The notes under the pieces were generated by a model. That model saw only the letters and a program-made list of their open reading frames with translations, had not been told where the DNA came from and did not search any database. From an uncultured Armatimonadetes bacterium (GTDB taxonomy: Bacteria > Armatimonadota > Hebobacteria > Hebobacterales > Hebobacteraceae): a stretch of DNA of 64,000 bases. This document shows positions 37,446-48,340 of this stretch, in pieces. The position numbers and the translations under genes are program-made. The stretch's first letter is position 1. The number at the start of each line of letters is the position of its first letter. Location: NCBI GenBank assembly GCA_963716175.1, contig OY970296.1, forward strand, positions 2,400,001-2,464,000. The letters run 5' to 3'.

Positions 37446-37605
37446 GTGATCCGCTCCAGGCCGCCCGATTTCGCCCGCGTGCTACCATCCGCGGACGCGA
37501 TTCTCCTGCCAGCCGGCGCCGGCGCAGGGAAGACCGCAGGGCGCAGGGAAGAACCCCCCGGCGGTGCGCGGTCTCTGGACCGGATGCTAGTGAGGAATCA
37601 GATCG

Positions 37606-39039
37606 TTGGATGATCGAACGACGGTTAATGAGAGTGATGCTACCGCGGAGACCACTGTCGGGGGCTGGCCGACACGGGCCCGAACGTCTTTGACCAGACG
37701 CCGCGTTGTGCTTCCCGTCATGCTGGTGGTGGTCCTGGCAGGCGTGATCCTCGGCGGGCGTTGGATTGTCTATAGCCGCACTCATGTCAGCACGGATGAC
37801 GCCCAGATCGAGTCGGATATCTACCCGGTCAGCGCGCGTGTGGCTGGGCACGTACGGGCCGTCTACGTGGACACGAACCAGCAGGTTCGGGCCGGGCAAG
37901 TGCTGCTGGAGATAGACCCCAGGGACTATCAGGTGGCGGTCCAGCAGGGGGAGGCCGCGCTGGCCCAAGCTGCGAGCACGGCCCAGGCGGCCGGGGGAAC
38001 GGTCGGGGTGACAGAACGGACGGGCAGCGCCGGGATCTCGCAGGCGAAAGCGGCGCTGGCGGCCGCACAGGCCCAGCGGGCGATCAACGAGCGCCAGAGC
38101 GAGTCCGCGGCCGGCGCGGTGGAGGCCGCGCGGGCGGATGAGAAAGTGGCCGGGGCCGCGGTGGAGGTGGCGGGTCGGGAGGTCGTCTCCAGCCAGGCCG
38201 CGGTCACCAGCGCTCGCGCCAGGGCGGATGAGGCAGAGAAGGACGCGGCGCGCATGGAGAAGCTGCTGGCGGAGGGCGCCATCAGCACCCAGCAGAGAGA
38301 CGCCGCGGAGGCGGCTCGCATCACCGCACAAGCCAACGTGGAGGCCGCGCAGGCGCAGTTGAGGGCCTCCGAGGCCGGAGTGACGCAGGCCGGCGAGCGC
38401 CTGCGCCAGGCCGCAGTGGCGGTGACTCAGGCGCTTCAGAGGGCGCAGGCCGCGCAGGCCGGGGTGGCTCAAGCCCAGGCCGCAGTACGCCAGGCCGAGG
38501 CCGGCGTGCGCTCCTCCTTGTCCAGCCCGGTCCAGGTCAGGGTACGCCGCTCGGAGGCGCAGAGCGCCCAGGCCCAGGTGGCGGGCGCGCGGGCTCGCCT
38601 CGAGCAGGCCCAGTTGAACCTGTCCTATACCCGCATCGTGTCCCCTGTGGACGGGACGGTGGCCCAGAAGAATGTGGAGCCGGGCCAGTTCGTTCAGCCC
38701 GGACAGCCGCTCTTCGCTGTCGTCCCTCAGGCCGGCGCCTACGTGGCGGCCAACTTCAAGGAAACCCAGCTCGCCTGTGTCAGGGTGGGGCAGCGGGCGA
38801 CCTTCACTGTTGACAGCTATCCGGGGATCTCGTTCTCGGGCCGGGTCGAGTCACTGAGCCCCGGTACCGGCGCTGTCTTCAGCCTGCTGCCTCCCGAGAA
38901 TGCCTCGGGCAATTTCACCAAGGTGGTGCAGCGGGTCCCGGTGCGCATTCGCATTGACCAAGCAGCCGACTCGGCCCGATCACCGGCGCCGGTGCTGCGC
39001 GCCGGCATGAGCGTGATCGCCGCCGTTGAGACCAAGTAG
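37606..39039 (+). CDS. EmrA/HlyD-family membrane fusion protein
   Basis: STDDA, long Ala-rich coiled coil, ANFKETQL and LPPENASGNFTKVVQRVPV. Confidence 0.92.
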   Translation: MDDRTTVNESDATAETTVGGWPTRARTSLTRRRVVLPVMLVVVLAGVILGGRWIVYSRTHVSTDDAQIESDIYPVSARVAGHVRAVYVDTNQQVRAGQVLLEIDPRDYQVAVQQGEAALAQAASTAQAAGGTVGVTERTGSAGISQAKAALAAAQAQRAINERQSESAAGAVEAARADEKVAGAAVEVAGREVVSSQAAVTSARARADEAEKDAARMEKLLAEGAISTQQRDAAEAARITAQANVEAAQAQLRASEAGVTQAGERLRQAAVAVTQALQRAQAAQAGVAQAQAAVRQAEAGVRSSLSSPVQVRVRRSEAQSAQAQVAGARARLEQAQLNLSYTRIVSPVDGTVAQKNVEPGQFVQPGQPLFAVVPQAGAYVAANFKETQLACVRVGQRATFTVDSYPGISFSGRVESLSPGTGAVFSLLPPENASGNFTKVVQRVPVRIRIDQAADSARSPAPVLRAGMSVIAAVETK

Positions 39040-39102
39040 GGCAGGTCCGGGACCTGCCGTGGGTAGGGCAGGTCCGCGACCTGCCGTGGGTAGGGCAGGT
39101 CC
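39036..39102 (+). repeat. Tandem array of 2.5 GTAG-type REP units (27 nt)
   Basis: GTAGGGCAGGTCCG(G/C)GACCTGCCGTGG at 39036 and 39063, partial at 39090. Confidence 0.88.
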
Positions 39103-39153
39103 CCAAGGGCCAGGCTGGGAGCCTGGGCTACCTTCCTGCCCGAGTGCGACTCT

Positions 39154-40737
39154 ATGACCGCATCCGCACAACCTAGCGAAGAGGCCGCCCTCCCAGATAG
39201 TGTCAACCGCTGGCTGGTGACCAGCTCCATCGTGTTGGGCACACTGATGGGCGCCATTGACATGAGCATTGTCAATGTCGCTCTCCCTGAGATCCGGGCC
39301 GGCCTGGGGGCCACGCTCACTGAAATCAGTTGGATTGCCACCGGCTACCTGGTGGCAGTGGTGGTGATCCTGCCGCTGACCGCCTGGTTGTCCTCCGTGA
39401 TCGGCCGGAAACGGCTCTACTTGCTTGCGGTGGTCCTGTTCACGGTGTCTTCGCTGTTCTGCGCGCTCTCTCGCTCGCTTCACGTGCTGGTCTTCTTCCG
39501 GATCATCCAGGGCCTCGGCGCGGGCCTGATGCAGCCCATCGCCATGGCCATTCTGCGCGAGATCTTCCCTCCCCGGGAGCAGGCCATGGCCATGGGTATC
39601 TTCGGCATCGCCATCCTGCTGGGCCCGGCCATTGGCCCCACCCTGGGGGGCTGGCTGACTGACAACTACGGCTGGCCCTGGATCTTCTACATCAACCTGC
39701 CCATCGGCGCCCTCACCGTCTTCATGGCCTCCCAGTTCGTCTACGATCCGGCCTATCTGCAGCGGCAGAAGATCAGCGACATGGATTACGTCGGGATTGT
39801 CCTCTTGACCGTGGGCCTCGCCTCCATGCAGACCGTGCTGTCGGAGGGCCAGAGCGAGGACTGGTTCGGATCCCCTTGGATCCTGGGCCTGACCGTGCTG
39901 GCAGGGCTGGCGCTCATCGTCTTCACCTTCTGGGAGCTGCGCAGCAAGCGGCCGGCGGTGGACCTGACGATTCTGGCCAATAGCTCGTACACCTCGGGCA
40001 CGCTGCTGGGCGGGCTGCTCGGGCTCTCGCTTTTTGGCACCATCTTCCTGCTGCCCCTGTTCATGCAAGAGCTGTTGGGCTACGACGCGCTCCAGTCCGG
40101 CATCGCCATGCTGCCTCGTTCTCTGGTGATGATGGTGGGCATGCCCATCGCTGGGCGCCTCTACAACCACCTGGGCCCCAGGCCGATGATCGGGTGCGGG
40201 CTCGCGCTTTCCGCCATGTCCTCCTTCCTGATGGCCCGGTACACGGATCAGACCAGCTACATGGGCCTGGTGATCCCCCAGATCTGGCAGGGGCTGGCCT
40301 TCTCGCTGATCTTCGTCTCTCTCTCCACCGCCGCCCTGGCCCGGGTGGCGCGCCCCCGCCTCACCAACGCGGCGGCGCTCTACAATCTGGTGCGGCAGGT
40401 GGGCGGCAGCTTCGGCATCGCCATCTTCGCCACCATGCTGGAGAGCCGGCAGACTGTGGTCGCCAGCACGCTGATCGGCCACATTAACCCCTACAACCCA
40501 GACTTCGTCTCCCGCTATCAGGCCGCGGTCGCCGCCCTCTCCGCCCGGGGCGTGATCCCGAGCGAGGCCGGTGCGAAAGCGCTGGCGCTGTTCAGCGGCC
40601 TGGTCCAGAAACAGGCGGCAGTGATGTCCTTCGAATACGCCTTCTTCGTGATCGGGGCCCTCTTTGTCATCACTTTGCCGCTGACGTTCCTGCTCGGCTC
40701 GCGCAAGCAGGCCATCCCCAGCGCACCTGTGTTGTGA
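39154..40737 (+). CDS. DHA2-family (EmrB/QacA) efflux MFS transporter
   Basis: D.SIVNVALP, GPAIGPTLGGWLTDNYGWPWIFYINLPIG and RQVGGSFG. Confidence 0.93.
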   Translation: MTASAQPSEEAALPDSVNRWLVTSSIVLGTLMGAIDMSIVNVALPEIRAGLGATLTEISWIATGYLVAVVVILPLTAWLSSVIGRKRLYLLAVVLFTVSSLFCALSRSLHVLVFFRIIQGLGAGLMQPIAMAILREIFPPREQAMAMGIFGIAILLGPAIGPTLGGWLTDNYGWPWIFYINLPIGALTVFMASQFVYDPAYLQRQKISDMDYVGIVLLTVGLASMQTVLSEGQSEDWFGSPWILGLTVLAGLALIVFTFWELRSKRPAVDLTILANSSYTSGTLLGGLLGLSLFGTIFLLPLFMQELLGYDALQSGIAMLPRSLVMMVGMPIAGRLYNHLGPRPMIGCGLALSAMSSFLMARYTDQTSYMGLVIPQIWQGLAFSLIFVSLSTAALARVARPRLTNAAALYNLVRQVGGSFGIAIFATMLESRQTVVASTLIGHINPYNPDFVSRYQAAVAALSARGVIPSEAGAKALALFSGLVQKQAAVMSFEYAFFVIGALFVITLPLTFLLGSRKQAIPSAPVL

Positions 40738-40767
40738 GCGGCTGCGCCGGGAGGCCGCGAGCGCGCT

Positions 40768-40793
40768 GGCGGGCTTGGGCGTGCCTGCCCTAC
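40768..40793 (-). repeat. GTAG-type REP (class 2)
   Basis: Reverse complement GTAGGGCAGGCACGCCCAAGCCCGCC; relatives at 49290, 57838 and (degenerate) 43830. Confidence 0.7.
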
Positions 40794-40975
40794 AGCGGTG
40801 CTGCGGCTTTGTCCCGCAAATCGGCCAGGCCCGCGTTACTGGCCGACTCGTATCAGAGGAGAAACACCCCAGGCTTGTAAGTCTTGGCTCTTGCCAGGAT
40901 AGGCAAGCGGCATCTGCCTAATGTTGGGCGGGCACGACTGCGCTCGCTCTGAAGATACCGCAGGAGGACCATGGG

Positions 40976-41431
40976 ATGTCGGAGGGGTTCGGCCAGGGCG
41001 GACACGGCCCGCCTCCAGGGACAGAGATGCTTTGGCCCTTTCTCCTCTACGGCGGGCTGGTGCTGGCGGTCGCCGCAGTCATCCTGCTGCTTTCCTATCT
41101 GCTGGGGGAGCGCCACCGCGCGCCCGGGCGGGAGATCCCTTATGAATCCGGCATCACTCCCACTGGCAGCGCGCGCCTGCGTTACGGCCTGCACTTCTAC
41201 ACCGTTGGCATCTTCTTCATCCTGTTCGATGTGGAGGCGATCTTCCTCTATGCCTGGGCGGTGGCCTTCCGCGAACTGGGCTGGGCCGGCTACATCGAGG
41301 CCGCGCTGTTCATCCTGGTGCTCTTCCTGGGGCTGGTCTACATCTGGCGCCTGGGGGGGCTGGACTGGAGTCCGAGTCGCCGGCGCACCTCCTCCGGCGG
41401 AGGGAGTCGAGAGGAGAGGGGTGAGAGGTGA
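40976..41431 (+). CDS. nuoA: NADH-quinone oxidoreductase subunit A
   Basis: PYESG and [15 protein letters not shown]. Confidence 0.93.
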   Translation: MSEGFGQGGHGPPPGTEMLWPFLLYGGLVLAVAAVILLLSYLLGERHRAPGREIPYESGITPTGSARLRYGLHFYTVGIFFILFDVEAIFLYAWAVAFRELGWAGYIEAALFILVLFLGLVYIWRLGGLDWSPSRRRTSSGGGSREERGER

Positions 41432-42048
41432 GGAAGACCAGCAGACAAGAGGCGGGACCATTAGGCTCTGCTTTTCACCTCTCACCTTTCCCCTTTCTCC
41501 TCTCTCGTTTGGACGCTCTGCTGGCCTGGAGCCGCAAGAACTCGATGTGGCCCTTCGGCTTCGGCACCTCTTGCTGCTTTGTGGAGATGATGACCAGCAT
41601 CACCAGCAAGCACGACATCGCTCGCTTCGGCGCGGAGGTGATCCGGCAGACCCCGCGCGAGGCCGATGTCATGGTCATCGCCGGCACGGTGTTCGTCAAG
41701 ATCGCCCCCGTGATCCAGCGCCTGTACGAGCAGATGATGGAGCCGAGATGGGTGATCTCCATGGGGTCGTGCGCCAACTCCGGTGGGATGTACGACATCT
41801 ACAGCGTGGTGCAGGGGGTGGATCGCTTCCTGCCGGTGGATGTCTATGTCCCCGGGTGTCCCCCGCGACCGGAGGCCTTCCTGGAGGGGCTGCTGCTGCT
41901 GCGGGAGGCGGTGGGGCGGGAGCGCAGGCCGCTGAGCTGGGTGGTGGGCGATCAGCGCGTGGTGCGCCCGCAGCTGGCCTCTCCGCGTGACCGCAAGCGA
42001 GAACACCGCGAGCGCATGACCGAGCTCAGACCCATGGACGAGGTCTAG
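41428..42048 (+). CDS. nuoB: NADH-quinone oxidoreductase subunit B
   Basis: [19 protein letters not shown] and VPGCPPRPE. Confidence 0.95.
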   Translation: MRKTSRQEAGPLGSAFHLSPFPFLLSRLDALLAWSRKNSMWPFGFGTSCCFVEMMTSITSKHDIARFGAEVIRQTPREADVMVIAGTVFVKIAPVIQRLYEQMMEPRWVISMGSCANSGGMYDIYSVVQGVDRFLPVDVYVPGCPPRPEAFLEGLLLLREAVGRERRPLSWVVGDQRVVRPQLASPRDRKREHRERMTELRPMDEV

Positions 42049-42051
42049 GCC

Positions 42052-43822
42052 GTGGCGCAGGTGGCGGAGAGATCACAGGTGGGCGGCATCATCGGGGAAC
42101 TGCAGGGCAAGTTCGGCGAGGCCGAGATCACTCCTCAGCCCACGCAGGATGGAATCCCCACTGCCTGGGTCTTGCCCGCGCGGCTGCGTGATGTGCTCAC
42201 CTATCTCAAGCGCGAGGTCTCGAATCCCTATCGCACGCTCTACGATCTGACTGCCGTAGATGAGCGGGCGCGTCTGGAGACGCCGCCAGAGCAGCCGGCC
42301 TGCGACTTCAGCGTGGTCTACCACTTGCTCTCCTATGACCGGAATGAGGACGTGCGCGTGAAAGTGCCGCTCTCTGGCGACGGAGCCAATCTGCCCACCA
42401 TTACCGACCTCTGGCCCGCCGCGAACTGGTACGAGCGGGAGGTGTGGGATATGTTCGGGCTGCGCTTCGAGGACCACCCCTTCCTGGAGCGCATCCTCAT
42501 GCCCCGCTGGTGGCAGGGGCATCCGCTGCGCAAGGAGCATCCCGCCCGCGCCACCGAGATGGAACCCTACCAGCTGCCGCAGTGGCGAGTGGAAGAGGAA
42601 GAGGCCGAGCTGCAGTTCCACCCCGAGCGCTACGGCCTGCCGGCCGCCGGCGAGCACTCGGATTACATGTTCCTCAACCTGGGGCCGCACCATCCCGGGA
42701 CTCATGGCCTGCTCCGCATCGTGCTCCGCCTCGAAGGGGAGGAGATCCTCGATGCTCTGCCCGACATCGGCTATCACCACCGGGGTGTGGAGAAGATGGC
42801 GGAGCGCCAGACCTACCACACCTTCATCCCCTATACCGATCGCGTGGATTATCTCGCCGGCGTGCAGAACAACCTTCCCTACCTGCTGGCCGTGGAGAAG
42901 CTCGCTGGCATCGAGGTGCCTCTGCGGGCGCAGGTGATCCGGGTGATGACCTGCGAGCTGTTCCGCATCATCAGCCACCTGGTATGGCTGGGGACCTTCG
43001 GCGCGGATGTCGGTTCCATGTCGCCGGTGTTCTTCACCTTCTCCAGACCGGGAAGAGGCCCTCTACCTGATCGAGGCCATCTGCGGGGGGCGCATGCACC
43101 CGCAGTGGTTCCGCATTGGCGGCGTGGCCGAGGACCTGCCCAAGGGCTGGAAGCCCCTGGTGGACGAGTTTGTGCGCCGTTTCCGCCCCCGCATAGACGA
43201 GTACGAGAAAATGCTGGTGCACAACGCCATCTTCAAGGGCCGCACCGTCGGGGTGGGTCCCTACAGTCAGGAGGAGGCGGTGGAGTGGGGGGTCACCGGC
43301 CCCAATCTACGCGCCACCGGAATCGCATGGGACTTCCGGAAGAAGCGACCCTACTCCGGCTACGAGCAGTTCGACTTCGAGATCCCCACCGCCGACTCCG
43401 GGGATTGCTTCGGCCGCTCCCTGGTGCGGATGGAGGAGATGCGCCAGAGCCTCCGCATCGTCGCGCAGGCCGCCGACAACATGCCCGAGGGCAAGTACAA
43501 GAGCGACCATCCGCTCTCCATGCCGCCCCGAAAAGAGGGCACGATGGTGGCCATCGAGACCCTGATCCGCCATTTCCTGGCGGTGACCTGGGGCTTTCCC
43601 ATGCCCGTGGGCGAGGCCCACGCTGGCACGGAGGCACCCAAGGGCAACAACGGCTACTACGTCATCAGCGATGGCGGCAATCATCCCTATCGCCTGCGCA
43701 TTCGCACCCCGTCTTTCCCGCACCTGCAGACCTTGCCGCTGCTGTGCCGGGGGTTCATGATCTCCGATCTGCTGGCCATCCTGGGCAGCATAGATTTCGT
43801 CTTGGGCGATGTTGACAGATGA
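42052..43822 (+). CDS. nuoC: Fused NADH-quinone oxidoreductase subunit C/D with apparent +1 frameshift near 43045
   Basis: [11 protein letters not shown] and [11 protein letters not shown] in one frame; DREE, EAPKG and DFVLGDVDR in the next frame. Confidence 0.92.
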
Positions 43823-43893
43823 TGTGGTCGCAGGGTGGGCGTGCTCACACCCGCCGGCAGAGCGCGGACGGGACAGCAAGTGGAGACAATGCC

Positions 43894-44370
43894 GTGCTGA
43901 CCGAAGACGAGAAACGTGAGATCGCACAGGAGGTGGGCCGCAGCCATGACCCCCGGGCGGCCTGCATTGGAGCGCTCCGCATCGTGCAGGCCCACCGCGG
44001 CTGGGTCTCCGATGAGTCCCTGGACGACGTCGCAGCCCTGCTCGGCATGAGCGCGAGCGAGTTGGAGGGGGTGGCCACGTTCTACAACCTGGTCTTCCGC
44101 CATCCCCTCGGCAAGCACGTTCTCAAGGTCTGCGACGGCGCGGTGTGCTGGATGCTGGGCGGGCAGACGCTGATGGAGTATCTGGAGCAGAAGCTGGGCG
44201 TGAGAGCGGGCGGCACCAGCGACGACGGCGTCTTCACCTTGCTGCCGATCTGCTGCGTGGGCGATTGCGACCACGCCCCGGTGATGATGGTGGACAGCAC
44301 CATGATACGCAACCTGACCCCGCAAGTGGTGGACGAAGTGCTGGCGCGCTACCGGGCGCAGGTGGGGTAG
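43894..44370 (+). CDS. nuoE: NADH-quinone oxidoreductase subunit E
   Basis: VATFY, CDGAVC and CVGDCDHAP [2Fe-2S] motifs. Confidence 0.93.
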   Translation: MLTEDEKREIAQEVGRSHDPRAACIGALRIVQAHRGWVSDESLDDVAALLGMSASELEGVATFYNLVFRHPLGKHVLKVCDGAVCWMLGGQTLMEYLEQKLGVRAGGTSDDGVFTLLPICCVGDCDHAPVMMVDSTMIRNLTPQVVDEVLARYRAQVG

Positions 44371-44373
44371 ACC

Positions 44374-45657
44374 ATGGAGCCGGTCCTCTCCAAACACATC
44401 AGACCCGGCGGCCCGCCCACCAGTCTGCGGGAGTATGAAGCCGGGGGTGGATACCAGGCCCTGCGCCAGGCGCTCCGCCGGCACACGCCGGCCGAAGTGG
44501 TCCAGCTCGTCTTCGACTCCGGGCTCAGGGGCCGGGGAGGAGCCGGGTTTCCTACCGGTCAGAAGTGGAAGAATCTCCCTCCGCTCGAGACCTCGGAGAA
44601 GCCGCGCATCCTCATCGCCAACCTGGACGAGATGGAGCCGGGTACCTTTAAGGACCGGTTCCTGGTGGGGGGCGATCCCCATCATTTGATCGAGGGAATG
44701 GTGATCGCCTCCTACGCCTGCCAGGCCGAGCTGGGCTACATCTTCGTGCGCGCTGAGTACCTGGACCCAGTCGCCCACACCCTGGAGCGCGCGCTGGCGG
44801 AGGCGCGGCAGGCCGGCTATGTGGGCCGCAACTTCCTCGGTTCGGGGCTCAACTTCGAGCTTCACCTCCACATCAGCGCTGGCCGCTACATGTGCGGCGA
44901 GGCCATGGGCATTCTCAACGCCATGGAGGGCAAGCGCGCCATCCCTCGCACCAAGCCCCCCTACGAAGTCACCTCCGGGGCCTGGGGGAGACCCACCGTG
45001 GTCAACAACGTGGAGACGCTCTGCTGCGTCCCCCACATCGTCGCCCGCGGGCCGGAGTGGTTCCGCGGGCTGGGGAAAGCCAAGGACTCGGGCCCGAAGA
45101 TCTATGGGGTGAGCGGACGCGTGAAGCGGCCGGGGTCTTACGAGCTGCCCATGGGCACCACTCTGCGGGAGCTCCTGGAAGAGCACGCTGGAGGCATGCT
45201 CGACGGCTACCAGTTCAAGGCCGCGCTGCCCGGAGGCGCCTCTACCATGTTTCTGAACGTTTCGGAGATGGATGTGCCCTTGGACTTCGAGTCCCTCAAG
45301 GAGATTGGCTGCTACTTTGGGACCGGCACCGCCATCATCGTTGATGACAGCACCTGCATCGTCGGGTTGGAGCACAACCTGCAGCAGTTCTACGCCCGGG
45401 AGTCCTGTGGCTGGTGCACCCCCTGCCGCGACGGTCTGCCTTGGCTGCTGCAGTTGCTGGCCGAGATCGAGGAGGGCCGAGGCCGCAACGGCGACTTGGA
45501 GCTGCTCATGGAGCTGAGCCGCAGTATCCAGGGCAACACCTTCTGCGCGCTGGCATTGGGGGCCGTGGTTTCCGTTGAGAGCGGCCTCAGGAAGTTCCGG
45601 GGCGATTATGAGGAGCACCTGCGCCAGGGCTGCTGTCCCTGGAAGGACCGTCACTGA
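44374..45657 (+). CDS. nuoF: NADH-quinone oxidoreductase subunit F
   Basis: GLRGRGGAGFPTG.KW, DEMEPGTFKDR and ESCGWCTPCRDG. Confidence 0.95.
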   Translation: MEPVLSKHIRPGGPPTSLREYEAGGGYQALRQALRRHTPAEVVQLVFDSGLRGRGGAGFPTGQKWKNLPPLETSEKPRILIANLDEMEPGTFKDRFLVGGDPHHLIEGMVIASYACQAELGYIFVRAEYLDPVAHTLERALAEARQAGYVGRNFLGSGLNFELHLHISAGRYMCGEAMGILNAMEGKRAIPRTKPPYEVTSGAWGRPTVVNNVETLCCVPHIVARGPEWFRGLGKAKDSGPKIYGVSGRVKRPGSYELPMGTTLRELLEEHAGGMLDGYQFKAALPGGASTMFLNVSEMDVPLDFESLKEIGCYFGTGTAIIVDDSTCIVGLEHNLQQFYARESCGWCTPCRDGLPWLLQLLAEIEEGRGRNGDLELLMELSRSIQGNTFCALALGAVVSVESGLRKFRGDYEEHLRQGCCPWKDRH

Positions 45658-45659
45658 CC

Positions 45660-48340
45660 ATGCCCACCATTCACGTTGATGGCAAGGCCTACCAGGTGCC
45701 AGCGGACAGGGATCTGCTCTCCGTGCTGATAGAGGCCGGGCTTGACTTGCCCTACTTCTGCTGGCACCCGGCGATCGGGTCGGTGGGCGCGTGTCGCCAG
45801 TGCGCGGTGAAGGTGTACCACGACGAATCGGACCAGCGCGGCCGGATCGTGATGGCCTGCATGACACCGGTCAGCGATGGGCTGCGCCTCTCGATCAACG
45901 ATCCCGAGGTCACGGCCTTCCGACAGCGGGTGATCGAGTGGCTGATGGTCAACCATCCCCACGACTGCCCGGTCTGCGACGAGGGGGGAGAATGCCACCT
46001 CCAGGACATGACCGTGATGACCGGCCACGTCTACCGCCGCTATCGCGGGCGCAAGCGCACCTATCACAATCAGGACCTGGGCCCGTTCCTCAACCACGAG
46101 ATGAACCGCTGCATCCAGTGCTATCGCTGCCTGCGGTTCTATCGCGACTACGCCGGCGGCCGGGACTTCGATGTCTTCGCCCTGAAGAACCACGTCTACT
46201 TCGGCCGCCACCAGGAGGGAGTGCTGGAATCGGAGTTTTCCGGCAACCTGATCGAGATCTGCCCCACAGGCGTGTTCACTGACAAGACCCTGAAGCGCCA
46301 CTACATCCGCAAGTGGGATCTGGAGACCGCTTCGTCTGTCTGCGTCCACTGCGGCCTGGGCTGCAACATCATCCCCGGTGCCCGGTACGACATGCTGCGG
46401 CGCATCCAGCCCCGTTACCACCCCGAGATCAACCGCTACTTCATCTGCGACCGGGGCCGCTTCGGCTATGAGTTCGTCAACGACCCCGCACGCCTGCGCC
46501 AGCCCCTGGCCGGCCGAGGGCGGCAGCAGCCAGTCTCCTGGCCGGAGGCGATGCGCACCGCGTCGGAGGCCTTGCGCCGGTGCCGCCGCGTGCTGGGCAT
46601 TGGTTCGGCCCGCGCCGCCCTGGAGGCCAACTACGCGCTCCAGGCCCTGGTGGGAGAAGACGCCTTCTCTCCCGGAGTGTCAGCCTGGGATCACGCTGGC
46701 GTGGGGCTGGCCTTGCGCATCTTGCGAGAGGGGCCAGCGCGCTCGGCCCCGCTGGCCGAAGCGGAATCCGCTGACGTCATCTTCGTGCTCGGCGCCGACC
46801 CCACCAACGAGGCCCCGATGCTCGATCTGGCGATTCGCCAGGCCGTGCATCAGGCGCGACTGGACCTGTCCCGCCGGCAGGGCATCCCGGACTGGAACGA
46901 CTACGCGGTGCGCAACGCCCTGCAGCAGGAGCGGGGGCAGCTCTACCTGGCGGCGGCCGCGCCCATGAAGCTGGAGGCCATCGCCACTGAGAGCTGGCGC
47001 GCGGCCCCGCCGGAGTTGGCCGCCCTCGGCTATGCGGTGGCGAAAGCGGTGGAGGGGACGCCCCGAATGAGCAGCTTCTGGCCGGCCGCATTGCGCGGGC
47101 GCTGAGCGCGGCGAGGCAGCCGCTCGTGGTGGCGAGCGCTGCTGGCGGCCCAGACTTGCTGCAAGCGGCAGCCGGCGTCGCCCATGCGCTCTCCCTCTCC
47201 CGGGAGAACCCCTGCCTGCTCACCATCCTGGTGCCGGAGTGCAACTCGATGGGCGCCGCCCTGTTGGGCGGGCGGAGCGTGGACGATGTTCTCGACGAGA
47301 TCGAATCCGGCCGCGCGGATGGGCTCGTGGTGCTGGAGAATGATCTTTTCCGCCGCGCCTCCTCCTCACGGGTGGAGCGCGCCCTCCGCGCTGTGAGCTA
47401 CTTACTGGTTATTGATCATCTCCCGAACAATACCACCGCGGCCGCCGACCTGGTCTTGCCCGCGGCCGCCTTCGCGGAAGCGACCGGGACCCTGGTGAAC
47501 AACGAGGGCCGGGCTCAGCGCTGCTACCAGGTGTTCGTGCCCCCACCCGAGCCGCGCCCCTCCTGGCGAATCCTGCGGGACCTGCTCGAGGACCGACGGC
47601 CGGGAGCCGCGCCCTGGCGCACGGTGGAGGATGTCCTGCACGCGCTGGCGCGGGACCATCCCCATCTCGCCGGGATCCTGGACGCAGCGCCTCCAGCCTC
47701 CTGGCGCGATCGCGTTGGGTCGAAGGTGGCGAGGGAACACCACCGGAACAGCGGCCGCGCCGCGAAGGACGCGGATCGCACCATCTTCGAGCCACAGCCT
47801 GCCGCGGACGCCCAGTCTCCATTCGCCTTCACCATGGAGGGGGCCCAGGCCGAGCCGCCGCCCGCGCTCATCCCTCGCTACTGGTATCCCGGGTGGAATT
47901 CGATTCAGGCCTTGTACCGTTCTCAGTTCGAGTCCGGGCGGCTCCCGCGCGATGCCAACCCAGGCAAGCGATTGCTGGGAACGGCGGCAGGGACAACGGC
48001 GCGATTTCCAGGTCCAACGCTAGAGCAGCCACTTGCGCCCGGTGAGGTCTGGCTGGTGCCGCAGGCCGCCATCTTCGGTTCGGAGGAGCTTTCTCGGTGG
48101 GCCCCGGGGATCGCCTCCCTGATAGCGCCGGCCGCAGTGCGCCTCCATCCGGAAGACGCAGCCAGGTTGTCGCTCGCCGACGGCGACCAGGTCTGTCTCA
48201 GGGTCGGCAATGATGAGTACTCGCTGCCGGCTCGTCTCGATGCTGGGCTGGCCCGCGGTGTGGCGGTCGTGCCCGCTGGCTACCCGGAAACGCAAGGCCT
48301 CGTTGGCATCGCTCGCGCCAGGGTTGGGAAGACCCCATGA
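45660..48340 (+). CDS. nuoG: NADH-quinone oxidoreductase subunit G (long form) with apparent -1 frameshift near 47055
   Basis: PYFCWHP, HPHDCPVCDEGGECHLQD, CIQCYRC and CVHCGLGC; C-terminal half (GTLVNNEGRAQ, PGWNS.QA) in another frame. Confidence 0.92.

Noticed and set aside
39036-39102. Tandem palindromic 27-nt repeats resembling a mini-CRISPR
   Set aside because: The units abut with no unique spacers, no cas genes are present, and single copies occur elsewhere as REPs.
43687-45867. Long antisense or alternate-frame ORFs (e.g. 726 aa opposite nuoEF, 10558-12165, 38980-40482, 52439-54100, 62291-63991)
   Set aside because: They shadow well-supported genes, have no recognisable motifs, and are expected in high-GC DNA.
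43040-47064. Programmed ribosomal frameshifting in nuoCD or nuoG
   Set aside because: No canonical slippery heptamer is present and I know of no precedent; assembly error is simpler.
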